Source: Candidatus Latescibacterota bacterium (GTDB lineage: Bacteria; Latescibacterota; CBDEFO01). From it: a stretch of 64,000 nt of DNA. The DNA lies in contig CBDEFO010000008.1 in NCBI GenBank assembly GCA_965237525.1, positions 1,152,001 through 1,216,000 of the forward strand, read 5' to 3'. The notes beneath the pieces are model-generated. The model did not search any database and was not told where the DNA came from. It was given only the letters and a program-made list of their open reading frames with translations. The translations under genes were made by a program, and so were the position numbers. Below are positions 9,812 to 20,495 of this stretch, piece by piece (positions within the stretch are counted from its first letter, which is position 1; the number at the start of each line of letters is the position of its first letter).

Positions 9812-10429
9812 TTGAAGACACTTGTGGCCCTGTTTGGAGCCTTGATCCTCGTTGCATCGTGCAGCAGGTATCCTACTCCCGAGGAGTCGGAACTCTATTA
9901 CTATACACAGGACGGTACTATTTTCAAGTTGAGGACTGTCGATTTTTCAAGGTTCAAGAAATCTTCTTTCGGAATATCGCGCTGGATCAGGGAACAATTT
10001 CCGCTCACGATAAGGCAGGAGAGGCCCGTTTTTATCTTGTTTCTGGTCGGAAAGGATGCTCCTTTAGTCGGAAGTAGTTTCCAGCCCATTTTGAACAAGC
10101 TTAATCTTTTGGAGGTTCCGCCCGCTGGGGTGCAGGAAGATGCTGAAGAGCAGATAGGGGCGGCAATTGCTCCCATAAGTGATCTGCACCAGAAACTTCT
10201 GCCGTCTTTTGCAGCCAGGTTCTTTCCTCAGAATAAGTTCTCCCTCACAATTGAGGGAAGCTTGAAGCATAGCTATTACTATTCTATATACCTCGGTCAA
10301 CCGTATTGGATCGGGTGGAACTTCAAAGTTGAACTCCCATCGCCTCGCATCTCTCCTCAGGTGAAACGGCACAGGCAGGCAGGAAAACAAGCAAAGAGTA
10401 GACAGGAGCCTCCTCCCATCCCTGAATAA
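9812..10429 (+). CDS. Hypothetical lipoprotein
   Basis: TTG start; KTLVALFGALILVASC lipobox-like; TTGACA-17-TATGTT promoter at 9729-9757. Confidence 0.6.
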   Translation: MKTLVALFGALILVASCSRYPTPEESELYYYTQDGTIFKLRTVDFSRFKKSSFGISRWIREQFPLTIRQERPVFILFLVGKDAPLVGSSFQPILNKLNLLEVPPAGVQEDAEEQIGAAIAPISDLHQKLLPSFAARFFPQNKFSLTIEGSLKHSYYYSIYLGQPYWIGWNFKVELPSPRISPQVKRHRQAGKQAKSRQEPPPIPE

Positions 10430-10508
10430 GTAGACATTGTGGACGAACCTGTGTGCTCTTCCGGGAGACAGGGCAGATCCTGAATACAATTAGAATGCGG
10501 GTATACCT

Positions 10509-10757
10509 TCACTCCAAATGCATCTTATTTGGAGAGATATCGTCATCTTTTCTCTTTTCGTCTGTAACTTGCCCTATACGTCTTATTCTCGTATAGAGGA
10601 TAACTATGAGTCCTATCACAGCTACATACATTATTATGGCAAAATGTACACCTTCCCAGCCGAGTATTCTGGGCCAGAGTGCCGCTATACAGAGGATGAC
10701 AAATATATCTTCAGCAAGGATTCTGCTTCTGCTGCTCTTATCGGAGGCGTGGTTCAT
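10509..10757 (-). CDS. Small hypothetical membrane protein (2 TM)
   Basis: Two hydrophobic helices. Confidence 0.55.
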   Translation of the reverse strand: MNHASDKSSRSRILAEDIFVILCIAALWPRILGWEGVHFAIIMYVAVIGLIVILYTRIRRIGQVTDEKRKDDDISPNKMHLE

Positions 10758-10816
10758 AGATCGAAACTCCATTATTTTGATAGGACTTGGGACTTTGAAG
10801 GATAACACAAAGCCAA

Positions 10817-11674
10817 ATGCTTGGCAAGAGATTTCTTGTTAGCTCTTTCAGGGCAAAAATACTCCTTGTCCTATCCCTTGCGGGATTCTGTACCCTCCAA
10901 CCCCTTGCAGGAGAGGCGGCATTCGAGTGGAGAGGGGTTGGTTCCCGTCCGCTTGGTATGGGCGGCGCGTACGTATCTCTTTCAGGAGGTGCTGAGACCC
11001 TCTTCTGGAACCCAGCAGGTCTCTGGAAGTCCCAAGCTTCCTGGTTCAGTTCCTACAGTCGTCCCTTCGGATTAGGGGACTTATCAACTTCGACATTGGC
11101 GTTCTTGCTTCCGACTTCTGTGGGAAACATAGGTTTGGGAGCGATGGTCTATGGGCTCACTCTCTACAGAGAAACTTCATTGATGTTTTCCTACAGCAAC
11201 GCCCCTTTCCAGTATCTGTCTTTCGGCTTCAACTTGAGGGGACTTAATCTATCCCTCGAAGGTTTTGGTTCAACGTGGACTGCTGCGTTCGACCTCGGGA
11301 CAGTTCTTTATATCTCTGAGAACGTAAGATGGGGGGCCTCTTTATGGAATGTGAATAGGGCAAAGATAGTTCAAAATGGACAAAGCGTTCCAAGGTCCTT
11401 CTCCACCGGGTTGAGTTTAGAGCCGATGCCAGGACTTGTGCTATCGGTAGATGGCAGGAAGGATGCGGATTTCCCCTTCCAGATAAGGGCAGGGAGCGAG
11501 CATAAGGTATCAGATGTCTTTTTCGTCAGGACAGGTGTGACAGGAGGGGAGCCATCTCGTTTTTCTTTGGGAACCGGATTCAACGTCAAGAGGATAAAGA
11601 TAGATTATTCGTTTCACACTCACCCCGCGCTGGGTCTTTCTCATCACTTTTCTATGAGCGGTTCTTTAAAGTAA
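10817..11674 (+). CDS. PorV/PorQ-like outer-membrane beta-barrel protein
   Basis: Signal peptide; GSRPLGMGGAY..FWNPAGL; C-terminal DYSF..HPALG.SHHFS. Confidence 0.8.
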   Translation: MLGKRFLVSSFRAKILLVLSLAGFCTLQPLAGEAAFEWRGVGSRPLGMGGAYVSLSGGAETLFWNPAGLWKSQASWFSSYSRPFGLGDLSTSTLAFLLPTSVGNIGLGAMVYGLTLYRETSLMFSYSNAPFQYLSFGFNLRGLNLSLEGFGSTWTAAFDLGTVLYISENVRWGASLWNVNRAKIVQNGQSVPRSFSTGLSLEPMPGLVLSVDGRKDADFPFQIRAGSEHKVSDVFFVRTGVTGGEPSRFSLGTGFNVKRIKIDYSFHTHPALGLSHHFSMSGSLK

Positions 11675-11687
11675 AAGCGGGTTCAAG

Positions 11688-12017
11688 TCACCCTATCGCC
11701 GAGGGATGAGGTGCCATATAGACGAGGAGAACCATCCTCCCTTCCCCTGTGTTCAGCACACCGTGATCTACGCCCGGAGGGCATAGCACCGCCATTTGGG
11801 GACCCAACTTCTTCTTCTCATCTCCTACGGTAAACGTGCCACTGCCTTCGATAACGTAATATATCTTATCGCAGCCTTCGTGGCCGTGGAGCGGCTGCTC
11901 CTGGCCGGGTTCGAAGCAGTAAATGTCGCAGAACATCCTCTCACTCTCAAAGAGGTTTATCTTCTGGAACTTCCCATCGGAGAACTTCCTTAGCGCTTGG
12001 ACGCTCTGGATCTCCAT
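11688..12017 (-). CDS. Cupin domain protein
   Basis: PGQ.QPLHGH..YYVIEG and P.GVDHGVLNTG motifs. Confidence 0.88.
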   Translation of the reverse strand: MEIQSVQALRKFSDGKFQKINLFESERMFCDIYCFEPGQEQPLHGHEGCDKIYYVIEGSGTFTVGDEKKKLGPQMAVLCPPGVDHGVLNTGEGRMVLLVYMAPHPSAIG

Positions 12018-12238
12018 AGGTGCCTTCCCCCTTTCTATGCGAAAACAGGTATGGACGAGCTTGTGTTTTCATCCGATTTATCCGTATTCTCAGCGCAGAC
12101 ACTTGGGTCTGGCCCTACGGTTTCCGACTGTTTTATCTGTTCCCTGACTAATATGTACGGGTGAACCTGTGTGTTGTGTGTCAGACCACTTCGTGGTTTG
12201 TTACCACCCGGTCCCAGCAAAGCGGCCGCGGTGCCCAG

Positions 12239-12487
12239 CCCGATTAATTCATAAACTTGGTGGAGTCATTGCGAGGAGCAAAGCGGTCCCCGATTGGGTC
12301 TATCGGGGAAGCAATCTCAAGGTTTTATAGTGATCTCCGATGAGAGCCGGATAGTATTGCATCTACCACAGAATCGAGATTGCTTCGCCTCCGGCTCGCA
12401 ATGACACCGAAGGTAGTTAAACGGCATAACTATAATATACTACAATCCCTTAATTAATACACGGCCTTTTTTTGTGAATTATTCGGG
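12239..12487. mobile_element. MITE copy 2 (249 bp) with nested CCCCGATTG..TCGGGG hairpin
   Basis: Same TIRs and body as 194-420, plus an extra hairpin at about 12288-12308. Confidence 0.85.
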
Positions 12488-12512
12488 CTGGTCAGACACG
12501 CCTCAATTTCTT

Positions 12513-13457
12513 TTAGAGGTTCTCATCCAACCAGTCTAAAGCAATTTCGAGAAGAAACTGGATCTCCGAAGTGTCCTTCGCTTGTATGTGCTCTGTTTCG
12601 CGCCAGACCAAGTGTTTCGGCTCCTGCGCCTCCTTGTACAGCGCCAGGACGCACGCAACCGGAAAAGACCTGTCGTCCCGACCGTTGATCATCAAAAGCG
12701 GCCGGGGCGCAATCTGCCCCACGTAGTTGAGAGGTTCAAACCGGTCGTAGAGGATATTCCCGAAAAAGAGGGTCAGATGTCGGAAGATAGGGTTAGCCTT
12801 GGTCAGTTTAGATTTTGCAAGGAGCTGTAGGTCTCCGCCGCCGTGCACAAGCACTACAGCATCAAACCGCTTGTCATGGGCTGATATGATCGGAGCCAAG
12901 ATCGCCCCCAGGCTTATCCCTACCAGTCCTATACGCTCGCCGTCGATTTCCTTTTGGTTCTGAAGGTAGTCGATCAGTTTTCTTGTGTTTATCACTGCCG
13001 TCCGGGCAGCACCCCTGGCCTTAAAGAAGAGTCTAAAGGTGTCCTTCAAAGAGCCGACTGCAGGGTAATCCATAGTGGCTACGGCATAGCCTCTTGTTGC
13101 TGCCTGCTCGCTTACGAGATCAATAACACCTTTGCCCTGGCAATAACCGTCGAGGAACACAATGAGCGGGAATGGCCCTTCAGGACTCCTTGGAACATCG
13201 AGCAACGCTTCTACAGAGTCGCCCTTGAAGCCCTCGAACCGTATCGTATACTGGATATAAGTATCTAAAGCCGCTGTCTGCTCTGTCTTTACAGCCAACG
13301 GTTCTCTCTGGTCGTAATCGAAGTAGCCCTGATGGTTCTGATAACCCCCAGCAGAAGCAGCAGACAGTAGACAGCAGACAGTAGACAGGGAAAAAGCAGC
13401 AGACAGTAGACAGCAGACAGTAGACAGGGGGCACCTCCAAAATTCTGTTTCAAGCAC
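12513..13457 (-). CDS. Secreted alpha/beta hydrolase (esterase-like)
   Basis: GISLG nucleophile elbow; PRPLLMING..D..H; signal peptide encoded by heptamer repeats. Confidence 0.8.
   Translation of the reverse strand: MLETEFWRCPLSTVCCLLSAAFSLSTVCCLLSAASAGGYQNHQGYFDYDQREPLAVKTEQTAALDTYIQYTIRFEGFKGDSVEALLDVPRSPEGPFPLIVFLDGYCQGKGVIDLVSEQAATRGYAVATMDYPAVGSLKDTFRLFFKARGAARTAVINTRKLIDYLQNQKEIDGERIGLVGISLGAILAPIISAHDKRFDAVVLVHGGGDLQLLAKSKLTKANPIFRHLTLFFGNILYDRFEPLNYVGQIAPRPLLMINGRDDRSFPVACVLALYKEAQEPKHLVWRETEHIQAKDTSEIQFLLEIALDWLDENL
13355..13429 (-). repeat. (TCTACTG/TCTGCTG)n heptamer tract, tandemly duplicated with a 39-bp period, inside the CDS
   Basis: AAGCAGCAGACAGTAGACAGCAGACAGTAGACAGGG occurs twice; encodes LSTVCCLLSAA twice. 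Confidence 0.9.
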
Positions 13458-14568
13458 CTAAGATGGAGAAGACATTATATTTCAAGAATCTCACGACTTT
13501 TTCGGCTTCAGCCATAGCCCTCCCATTATCTATATTAAAAGGCTCGTCTCTCAGCTTCTTGTCCTCATATCCGTACTGCCACGCTATCTTTCTGTGCCGA
13601 TCGGGAAGATCGTCCTCCGGGACGACCTCGTTCATAATGGACCACGCCAACGTCCAGCATCTCGGAACGTTGGCGACGTTGTAGCCTCCTCCTCCCAGGG
13701 CGATCCATTTAGGCGATAGTCGCTTGATTCTCTCCACCATCTCTGCAAAACCATTTGTAGTCAGATTCAGATGCGCTAAGGGGTCGGTCCTCATAGTATC
13801 CACGCCCAATTGGGAGACAACTACATCTGGCTCATAAGCTTCCATCAAAGTGGGAACCACCTCCTCGAACGCCCACAGAAAGACCTCATCGTCGCTCTCG
13901 GGATTAAGGGGTACGTTTACGCAATAGCCAAGGCCATCTCCAACGCCAATTTCATCTTCAAAACCTGTGCCCGGAAAAAAATTCCTCCCGCTTTCATGTA
14001 TGGAGATCGTAAGTACTCGATCGGTAGCGTAGAACGCATATTGGACGCCGTCGCCGTGATGGGCGTCGATGTCTATGTATGCGACTTTCAGACCCTTTTT
14101 CAACAGATAATGTATAGCCACAACCGGATCGTCTATATAGCAAAACCCAGAGCTTCTGTTAGCAGATGCGTGGTGCAGTCCGCCTGCGATGTTGAAGGCT
14201 ATGTTCGCCTCTCCAGATTCCACAGCCTTTGCCGCTTGAAGAGACGCCCCCGCCGATAGAAGCGAAAAGTCATACACACCCTTAAATATGGGGTTATCTC
14301 CCGGTCCTAAACCGTATTTTGTTGCGTCGCTAAAGTAGCTTCCCTGATTTGCTCTCTTCAAAATATCTATGTACTGTTTCGTGTGGAAAGACAGGATATC
14401 ATCCTCATCGGCCTTTTCTGCCTCTACCAGTTTTCCCGTAGGAATATCAAAAAGACCATAAGCTCGAATCAGATCGTGCGTCAGCTTCAGCCTTATGGGC
14501 TTCATCGGGTGCGTAGGGCCGTAGTCGTAGCTTGAGTATTCGTCTGCGTATATAAAATACGATGTCAT
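13450..14568 (-). CDS. acuC: Acetoin utilization protein AcuC / HDAC-family deacetylase
   Basis: HPMKP.R, GGLHHA, SGFCY, DIDAHHGDGVQ, DPL and GGGGY motifs. Confidence 0.9.
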   Translation of the reverse strand: MTSYFIYADEYSSYDYGPTHPMKPIRLKLTHDLIRAYGLFDIPTGKLVEAEKADEDDILSFHTKQYIDILKRANQGSYFSDATKYGLGPGDNPIFKGVYDFSLLSAGASLQAAKAVESGEANIAFNIAGGLHHASANRSSGFCYIDDPVVAIHYLLKKGLKVAYIDIDAHHGDGVQYAFYATDRVLTISIHESGRNFFPGTGFEDEIGVGDGLGYCVNVPLNPESDDEVFLWAFEEVVPTLMEAYEPDVVVSQLGVDTMRTDPLAHLNLTTNGFAEMVERIKRLSPKWIALGGGGYNVANVPRCWTLAWSIMNEVVPEDDLPDRHRKIAWQYGYEDKKLRDEPFNIDNGRAMAEAEKVVRFLKYNVFSILGA

Positions 14569-15175
14569 ATCCCTCCCTTGATGAAGAATTTCAAAAGACC
14601 CCACGAGCTTTTACTCACTGCACTATCCGTGTTGAAAGATCGTGATCCATCATCTTGGTAAGCCCACCGGAAGATCACACGGCCGATGAAAGCCTCCAAC
14701 ACCCCTTCACCTCGACTAATTATGTCCTCAACGAACACCTTAGCAAAATGGCCCTCCTGAGTCCATATCACATACAGATGTCCCTCGTTAATAGGAACAG
14801 ACCAGAAGAATAGTTCCCCCGTCAGGGGATCGTTTACAGCAGTGCTGGGATCCGGTTCGAGGTCATCGGGAATCGTCACCAGGCTGTCAACGATATGGGA
14901 CCCACATCCCGGATTCCCCTACGTCCTACCAGGAATCCCTCAGAAGCGTAAACTATATGCAGATCCTGAACTTGAAAGAGTTCTAGGTCAGTTCCTTCAC
15001 AAGAAACGACTTCCGACCCTTTAGAGAAATCAAAGCAACCATCTACTGCCAAGCTATCTACTCCTGTGCGGACGACCGCTTCGCTTTCCTTCAGGTATCC
15101 TAACAAGATTAACGATAGGATAATGCCTGCTAGATATATACTCCGTGCAGATATTGATTTCATCAGTAGTATCAC
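14565..15175 (-). pseudogene. Secreted hypothetical protein split by a 1-nt frameshift near 14890; C-terminal SWGxxK tail
   Basis: ORFs 14876-15175 and 14565-14879 join as ..GPISLDSLVTIPDD.. if one base is restored; ends SAVSKSSWGLLK. Confidence 0.55.
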
Positions 15176-15220
15176 TACTTAAGGACACCTTCCATCAACA
15201 AGTTAAGCACGTGGACAGGT

Positions 15221-15310
15221 GCGATTGCTTCCCCCCGATAGATTCAATCGGGGACTCAAAGGCTGGTAGACAGTGGCCTGTCTACTGTCTGCTGTTTGCC
15301 GTCTACTGCC
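15221..15310. repeat. Composite intergenic repeat: CCCCGATAGATTCAATCGGGG hairpin plus heptamer tract
   Basis: GATTGCTTCCCCCCGATAGATTCAATCGGGG followed by GTAGACAG..CTGTCTACTGTCTGCTG. Confidence 0.75.
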
Positions 15311-15315
15311 TTAAC

Positions 15316-16773
15316 CTATCCCTTCACCACGCCCACCGGCCTGAGCCTTGCCACCTTCAGCGAGACGCCCGCTTTATGCATAACGTCAGCCACAGCCTCA
15401 ACGTCCTTGTACGCCTCAGGCATCTCCTCATCTAATGTCGATCTGCCCTTGGACCTTACGGCGATTCCCTTATCCTCAAGCTCTCTTTTGATAGACCTTC
15501 CCTTGCTTAACTTCTTGGCTTTGGTCCTGCTTAGGACTCGTCCTGCCCCGTGAGCCGAACTCCCGAAGGTCTCATCCATGGAAGTATGCGCCCCTATGCA
15601 CACGTAGGAGTAAGTCCCCATGTCCCCGGGGATCAACACCGGCTGACCGATGTGCATATAGGATTTGGGAGTCTCATCGTGACCCGGCGGGAACGCCCTT
15701 GTGGCTCCTTTTCTGTGGACGCAGACGGTCTTTCTTACACCTCCTCCTATGTCGTGTTCTTCGAACTTGGCTATGTTGTGGGCCACGTCGTAAACCAGCT
15801 TGAAGCCCAAGTCGCCCCAGCTTACCTCGAAGACATCTTTTAGCGCCCCGCGCGCAAGGTGCATCATGGTCTGTCTGTTCGCCCAGGCATAGTTGGCGGC
15901 GCACCTCATAGCGCCTAAATATGCCTGTCCCTCCTCAGAATTTATGGGAGCGCACGCAAGCTGTCTGTCGGGGAGTTGAATGTTGTATTTACGCGCTGCT
16001 CGTTCCATCGTCCTTAAATAGTCGTCGCACGTCTGATATCCGAAGCCCCTTGAGCCTGAATGGATGAAGACGGTCAAGCATCCTTCTTTCAGACCCAAAG
16101 TGTCCGCTGCCTTATCGTCGAACACCTGGTCCACAACCCCGATCTCCAAGAAGTGATTTCCAGAGCCCAAAGTTCCCATCTGTTTTGCACCCCTAGAAAG
16201 GGCGGTCTCTGTCACCCTGTCGGGGTCTGCCCCGTCCAGCCGGCCGTTTGCCTCCGTGTTCACAAGGTCGCTTTCGAATCCCAGATCTCTCTCTTTTATG
16301 ACCCACCCGGCTCCACCGGCTAACGCCTTTTTCTCCTCGTTCTTTGAAAGCTTGGGTATAGCTCCTTCAGAGCCCACTCCGCAGGGTACGGTGTCGAACA
16401 GCACATCCACCAATTTTTTGATTTTGTTCTGAACGTCCTTGTATTCGAGGTGGGTCGCCGCCAAGCGCACTCCGCAGTTAATGTCAAAGCCTATACCTCC
16501 GGGCGATATAACGCCTCCCTCCTGTGGATCGGTTGCCGCTACCCCCCCGATCGGGAATCCATATCCCCAGTGAATGTCCGGCATAGCTATAGAATACTTA
16601 ACTATCCCCGGAAGATGTGCCACGTTTGCCACCTGCTCCAGGCTCTTGTCGAGTCTTATGCCCTCCATCAGTTCATCGCTGGCGTAGATCCTGCCGGGGA
16701 CCCTCATCCCGCCGGTCTTGGGGATCTCCCAGATGCACTCGCCGATTTTTTTGATCTTGATTGTCTCTGACAT
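15316..16773 (-). CDS. rtcB: RNA-splicing ligase RtcB
   Basis: MPDIHWGYGFPIGGV, GFDINCG, GSGNHFLE, HSGSRG, HRKGAT, HGAGR and EEMPEAYK motifs; ends VVKG. Confidence 0.96.
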   Translation of the reverse strand: MSETIKIKKIGECIWEIPKTGGMRVPGRIYASDELMEGIRLDKSLEQVANVAHLPGIVKYSIAMPDIHWGYGFPIGGVAATDPQEGGVISPGGIGFDINCGVRLAATHLEYKDVQNKIKKLVDVLFDTVPCGVGSEGAIPKLSKNEEKKALAGGAGWVIKERDLGFESDLVNTEANGRLDGADPDRVTETALSRGAKQMGTLGSGNHFLEIGVVDQVFDDKAADTLGLKEGCLTVFIHSGSRGFGYQTCDDYLRTMERAARKYNIQLPDRQLACAPINSEEGQAYLGAMRCAANYAWANRQTMMHLARGALKDVFEVSWGDLGFKLVYDVAHNIAKFEEHDIGGGVRKTVCVHRKGATRAFPPGHDETPKSYMHIGQPVLIPGDMGTYSYVCIGAHTSMDETFGSSAHGAGRVLSRTKAKKLSKGRSIKRELEDKGIAVRSKGRSTLDEEMPEAYKDVEAVADVMHKAGVSLKVARLRPVGVVKG

Positions 16774-16791
16774 CTTCTTAATGCCTCCTTC

Positions 16792-17499
16792 TCAGCTTAC
16801 TTTTCTGCCTTTCACAATCAGTCGGCTCTTTGTCGTAAATTTTAGTCCTCCCGCATTCAGATATTGCAAAAGACCATCCCACCTGCCGTCTTTTTGCCAC
16901 CTTTTCTTCAGCGTGCTCCCTTCAAAATATACATCTATATCTTCTCTGCGCTTGAAATCTATGATCTCTCTTTCGATACTTATATGCTCTGTGTCGAAGG
17001 CCCTGCTCTCTAAGATGCTCTTTATCCCCTCCTTACTGTACGCAAACCGCGATGGACGACCCGTCTCCTTCCACTGCTCAAGTTCCAGAGCCGCAAAGAT
17101 CAGATAACGTCCTCTATCCAGAGCTTCGTGCGCTTTTTTGATAATATCGTCCGACATACACAAATTGGCGATGACCATATCGACTTTCCTGCCCTCCACT
17201 ACGTCTTTGTAATCTATCGTCTCAGCGTCTGCTAATGTGAAACTTACGTTGCAAATTCCCCGATCGGATGCGATTTTCTTTGCGGACTCTATCGGTTCGG
17301 CGGATATATCTATCCCGACGACATGCCCCAGATAGTTTGCCGCTTCGAACGTCAGTCCGCCCATTCCGCATCCTACGTCTACGGTCATCATCTCTTTGGT
17401 GCTTACGTCCCTTATCAGTTCCATCAGGGTCGGGTTTACCGATGCATGATCGCCCGGGGATAAAGATGGGTCAAATATCCTATGGGCCACATTGAGCAT
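16792..17499 (-). CDS. Class I SAM-dependent methyltransferase
   Basis: VDVGCGMG and VVGIDIS motifs. Confidence 0.85.
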   Translation of the reverse strand: MLNVAHRIFDPSLSPGDHASVNPTLMELIRDVSTKEMMTVDVGCGMGGLTFEAANYLGHVVGIDISAEPIESAKKIASDRGICNVSFTLADAETIDYKDVVEGRKVDMVIANLCMSDDIIKKAHEALDRGRYLIFAALELEQWKETGRPSRFAYSKEGIKSILESRAFDTEHISIEREIIDFKRREDIDVYFEGSTLKKRWQKDGRWDGLLQYLNAGGLKFTTKSRLIVKGRKVS

Positions 17500-17672
17500 T
17501 GGAAAATCCCCGCAGGAAAAGAATGTCTGTAAAGGTGCTACGTTAATGGAATATAATAGCTGTTTGCGCTAAAAGCAAGTACCAAGATATTTGAGGCAAG
17601 TCCCTGCGGAGAAGCGTTCAAAAAGTAGGAAGCCCACTTCGTAGAGGAAGACAAGGACAGAGGAAAAATAAC

Positions 17673-17702
17673 TTGACATACTCGATACTTGAAGGTTATA
17701 TT
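17673..17702 (+). promoter_or_regulatory. Sigma-70 promoter for the envelope operon
   Basis: TTGACA-18 bp-TATATT. Confidence 0.5.
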
Positions 17703-17800
17703 TTGGGGTGCGTCCCAAAAGGGTCGGTGTTCAACTTGTAACTTTTTCCCCAAAAGGTTCTTCGATATGACCCGAACCGCCGGAGAAGAAACAAAAATAT

Positions 17801-19387
17801 ATGTCCTCTTTAAAATCTGCATTACACCTCGCCTCGCTCCTAACGATATGCTTTTGTGCTCGCGCTTTTGCAGTTCTTCCAGAAAGGCATAATCAGGGTA
17901 CTCCACCGGAGCCTAAGAAGGGATTGGCGGGAAACGACATAGGGGACATCAAATGGAGTGGAAAAGATCTGTGGGTGGGAACGGATTCGGGATTGAGCAA
18001 GCTTTTAGGGTCAGGAGAAGGATCTCTGGACTGGATAAGCTACGGATCTGATCAGGGGATAGGCAAAGGTTCGATCAGCGCTTTAGATGCGGCAGGGGAT
18101 GTGATCTGGATAGCCACAGTATTTGATACTACCACAGAGAACGGTTCCTTTCAAGTGGGAGATGGGTTGAGCGCATCTTTTGACGGCGGCGCGACGTGGG
18201 AGCATTTTGACAACAGCAAGATATTTGGGGGATTTGAGGACGGCCCTCGAACGAATGTTCAAAATGGGGCGTTTGGAGTGGCTATTGACGAGGATGTGGG
18301 TAGGGTGGATGGGGAGTCGGCAACAAGCCACGAAGTGGTCTGGGCGGCGTTCTTTGCGGGTTCTCTCGTCAGGTCTAAGGACAGGGGGGAGACTTGGGAG
18401 CGCGTCCTGCCGGACTCCAGAGATAAGATCGACTACTCTGGATCATTTGAGGGCAATAAGCATAGGACATTTTCGGTTTTAGCCTACAGCGATACGGTCT
18501 GGGTGGGTACGTCTTCGGGTATGTCAAAGAGCACAAATGGCGGAGAGACCTGGGCGTTCTTTTCCTCGGAGGCCGACAGCGCCGGAAATCACCTTGATGG
18601 TACGATCTCCGGCAATTGGGTTGTGGTCCTATCCAGACAGCAAATTGGCGGGAAGACGATAATCTGGGCGGGGACAAAACGGACGCTTAATCCCTGGGAA
18701 AGAGACGGCATAAGTTTTTCATCTGACGGTGGGTTAACGTGGGAGGTGACGCAGGTGGACAGCGCCTTTGAAACTGCCGCGTGGAATTTCGCCTTTTCCA
18801 ATAGTACTGTGTGGGCTACTACGGATAGAGGACTCGTTAGATCGCACGACCTGGGGAAAAGTTGGGATAGAGTAAAGGTGGCAGATTCTATCTCCAGGGA
18901 GGAAGTAGAGGGAAGATTCGTGGGCGTAGAAAGGATAGGTTCTGTATTGTGGGCAGGATCAGAAAACGGTCTCGGAAGGTCATTAGATTCAGGCGGAACG
19001 TGGAGGATTTTAAGGACTTTCGTAAGGACGGTCTCTATCGACAAGGGAGTGGTCGTAGATGAGGCCGCAGAAAAGGAGCATATCAAAACCTATGCCTATC
19101 CGAATCCGTTTTCGCCTTCTGAAGATATAATAGTCAGAATCCAATACAGCCTGTCTGAACCCGCATCTGTTACTATTAAGATATACGATTTTGTCAGTCG
19201 TTTGGTTAAGGTTTTAGTGCCAGCAGAGGATACCGAGGCAGAACCAAAAGCGGGTGCAAGGAATCACAATGAGAAGTGGGACGGCACGAACGAGGTGGGA
19301 GATGTCGTAGCAAACGGGGTCTATTTCTATCGCATAAGCACCGACAGAGGTGATGAGGCGATCGGCAAGATAGTCGTGATTAAATGA
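17801..19387 (+). CDS. Secreted Asp-box beta-propeller protein with FlgD-Ig/T9SS-like C-terminal domain
   Basis: Repeated SxDxGxTW boxes; YAYPNPFSP..WDG.N..G..VANGVYFY. Confidence 0.82.
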   Translation: MSSLKSALHLASLLTICFCARAFAVLPERHNQGTPPEPKKGLAGNDIGDIKWSGKDLWVGTDSGLSKLLGSGEGSLDWISYGSDQGIGKGSISALDAAGDVIWIATVFDTTTENGSFQVGDGLSASFDGGATWEHFDNSKIFGGFEDGPRTNVQNGAFGVAIDEDVGRVDGESATSHEVVWAAFFAGSLVRSKDRGETWERVLPDSRDKIDYSGSFEGNKHRTFSVLAYSDTVWVGTSSGMSKSTNGGETWAFFSSEADSAGNHLDGTISGNWVVVLSRQQIGGKTIIWAGTKRTLNPWERDGISFSSDGGLTWEVTQVDSAFETAAWNFAFSNSTVWATTDRGLVRSHDLGKSWDRVKVADSISREEVEGRFVGVERIGSVLWAGSENGLGRSLDSGGTWRILRTFVRTVSIDKGVVVDEAAEKEHIKTYAYPNPFSPSEDIIVRIQYSLSEPASVTIKIYDFVSRLVKVLVPAEDTEAEPKAGARNHNEKWDGTNEVGDVVANGVYFYRISTDRGDEAIGKIVVIK

Positions 19388-19417
19388 AAAGGAAAAATGT
19401 TTATGCTACTGTCCGCG

Positions 19418-19577
19418 AGATTGCTTCGGGGTTGCGCCCCTAGCAATGACCACCGAAGAACTCAGTAGCGAATAAACCGCATTGCGAGCGCCCCCGATTG
19501 AATCCATCGGGGGGAAGCAATCTGGTGGGAAGGGAGGCCATGCCCCTGTCTACTGTTTGCTGTCGATTGTCTACTGT
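19418..19577. repeat. GAGATTGC..GCAATGAC palindrome pair, CCCCGATTG hairpin and heptamer tract
   Basis: Same palindrome family as inside the MITE and at 56849-56995. Confidence 0.7.
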
Positions 19578-20490
19578 ATTGTGGCTTTTAGTAATGTCTT
19601 CAATATCCTCATCCCAAGGGATAAGCGGGGGGACTGCCAGCGCCTTTCTGAGAAGCGGCGTAGGAGCGAAAGCTATTGGTCTGGGAGGGGCTTATGTGTC
19701 TATAGCCGACGATGCTTCGGGAGCGTTCTGGAATCCCGCTGGACTTATCTATACTCAGAAAAGGCAGGTGTCTGAGACTTACAGGTCGCTTTCTTTAGAC
19801 AGAAAGGAAAATGTCCTTTCCTACAGCCAGAGATTGGCACAGGGAGCAGCATTCGGATTTTTGTGGATTTATGCGGGAACCGCGAATATCCAGGGTCGGT
19901 ACATAAATGGACGAAAAACAGGGGAGATTTCAGACAATCGCAACGCCATCTACTTCTCGTTCGCAAAGGATGTAGATGGCAAGGGGGCAATCGGGTTGAA
20001 TGGCAAATATCTGCGTCACTCTCTTGCGGGAGAAGCAGGTAGGGGATTCGGCTTCGATGTCGGGGCTATGGTAAAGCCCACGGAGGATCTGTCCATAGGT
20101 TTTGTGGTCAGAAATATAAATACAGAGCTTTCCTGGAAGATCTCAAGGGGCATCGGCGAGGTCTCCTACCAGGACGAAATCCCTGAGTCGCTCGTGGTGG
20201 GGGCATCCTACAGATTCTTCGATGAGAGGGTCTTAATCTCGTTCGATGTAGAGCGCGGCAATGGAGAAGTGGAGGTAAGGTCGGGATGGGAGCTGGCGCT
20301 GAACGAATTTTTGAGATTGAGAGCAGGTGTTGGGGACATATCCTCAGATGACATCGGCGAAAGTTCCCAGAGGTTCGGCATAGGTCTTGGCCCCATCTTT
20401 GAACGCCAGATAGATTTTCAGTACGTCTTCACAACGGATCAGATGGACGCCGGGGGAAGTCATGTCTTCTCAACTGCGTTGACTTTTTAG
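19540..20490 (+). CDS. PorV/PorQ family outer-membrane protein
   Basis: AFLRSGVGAKAIGLGGAY..DDAS..FWNPAGL; GGGAGG RBS before ATG at 19540. Confidence 0.82.
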   Translation: MPLSTVCCRLSTVLWLLVMSSISSSQGISGGTASAFLRSGVGAKAIGLGGAYVSIADDASGAFWNPAGLIYTQKRQVSETYRSLSLDRKENVLSYSQRLAQGAAFGFLWIYAGTANIQGRYINGRKTGEISDNRNAIYFSFAKDVDGKGAIGLNGKYLRHSLAGEAGRGFGFDVGAMVKPTEDLSIGFVVRNINTELSWKISRGIGEVSYQDEIPESLVVGASYRFFDERVLISFDVERGNGEVEVRSGWELALNEFLRLRAGVGDISSDDIGESSQRFGIGLGPIFERQIDFQYVFTTDQMDAGGSHVFSTALTF

Positions 20491-20495
20491 ACATT

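Noticed and set aside
13355..13429. CRISPR-like array
   Set aside because: Short-period tandem heptamers without unique spacers; no cas genes.
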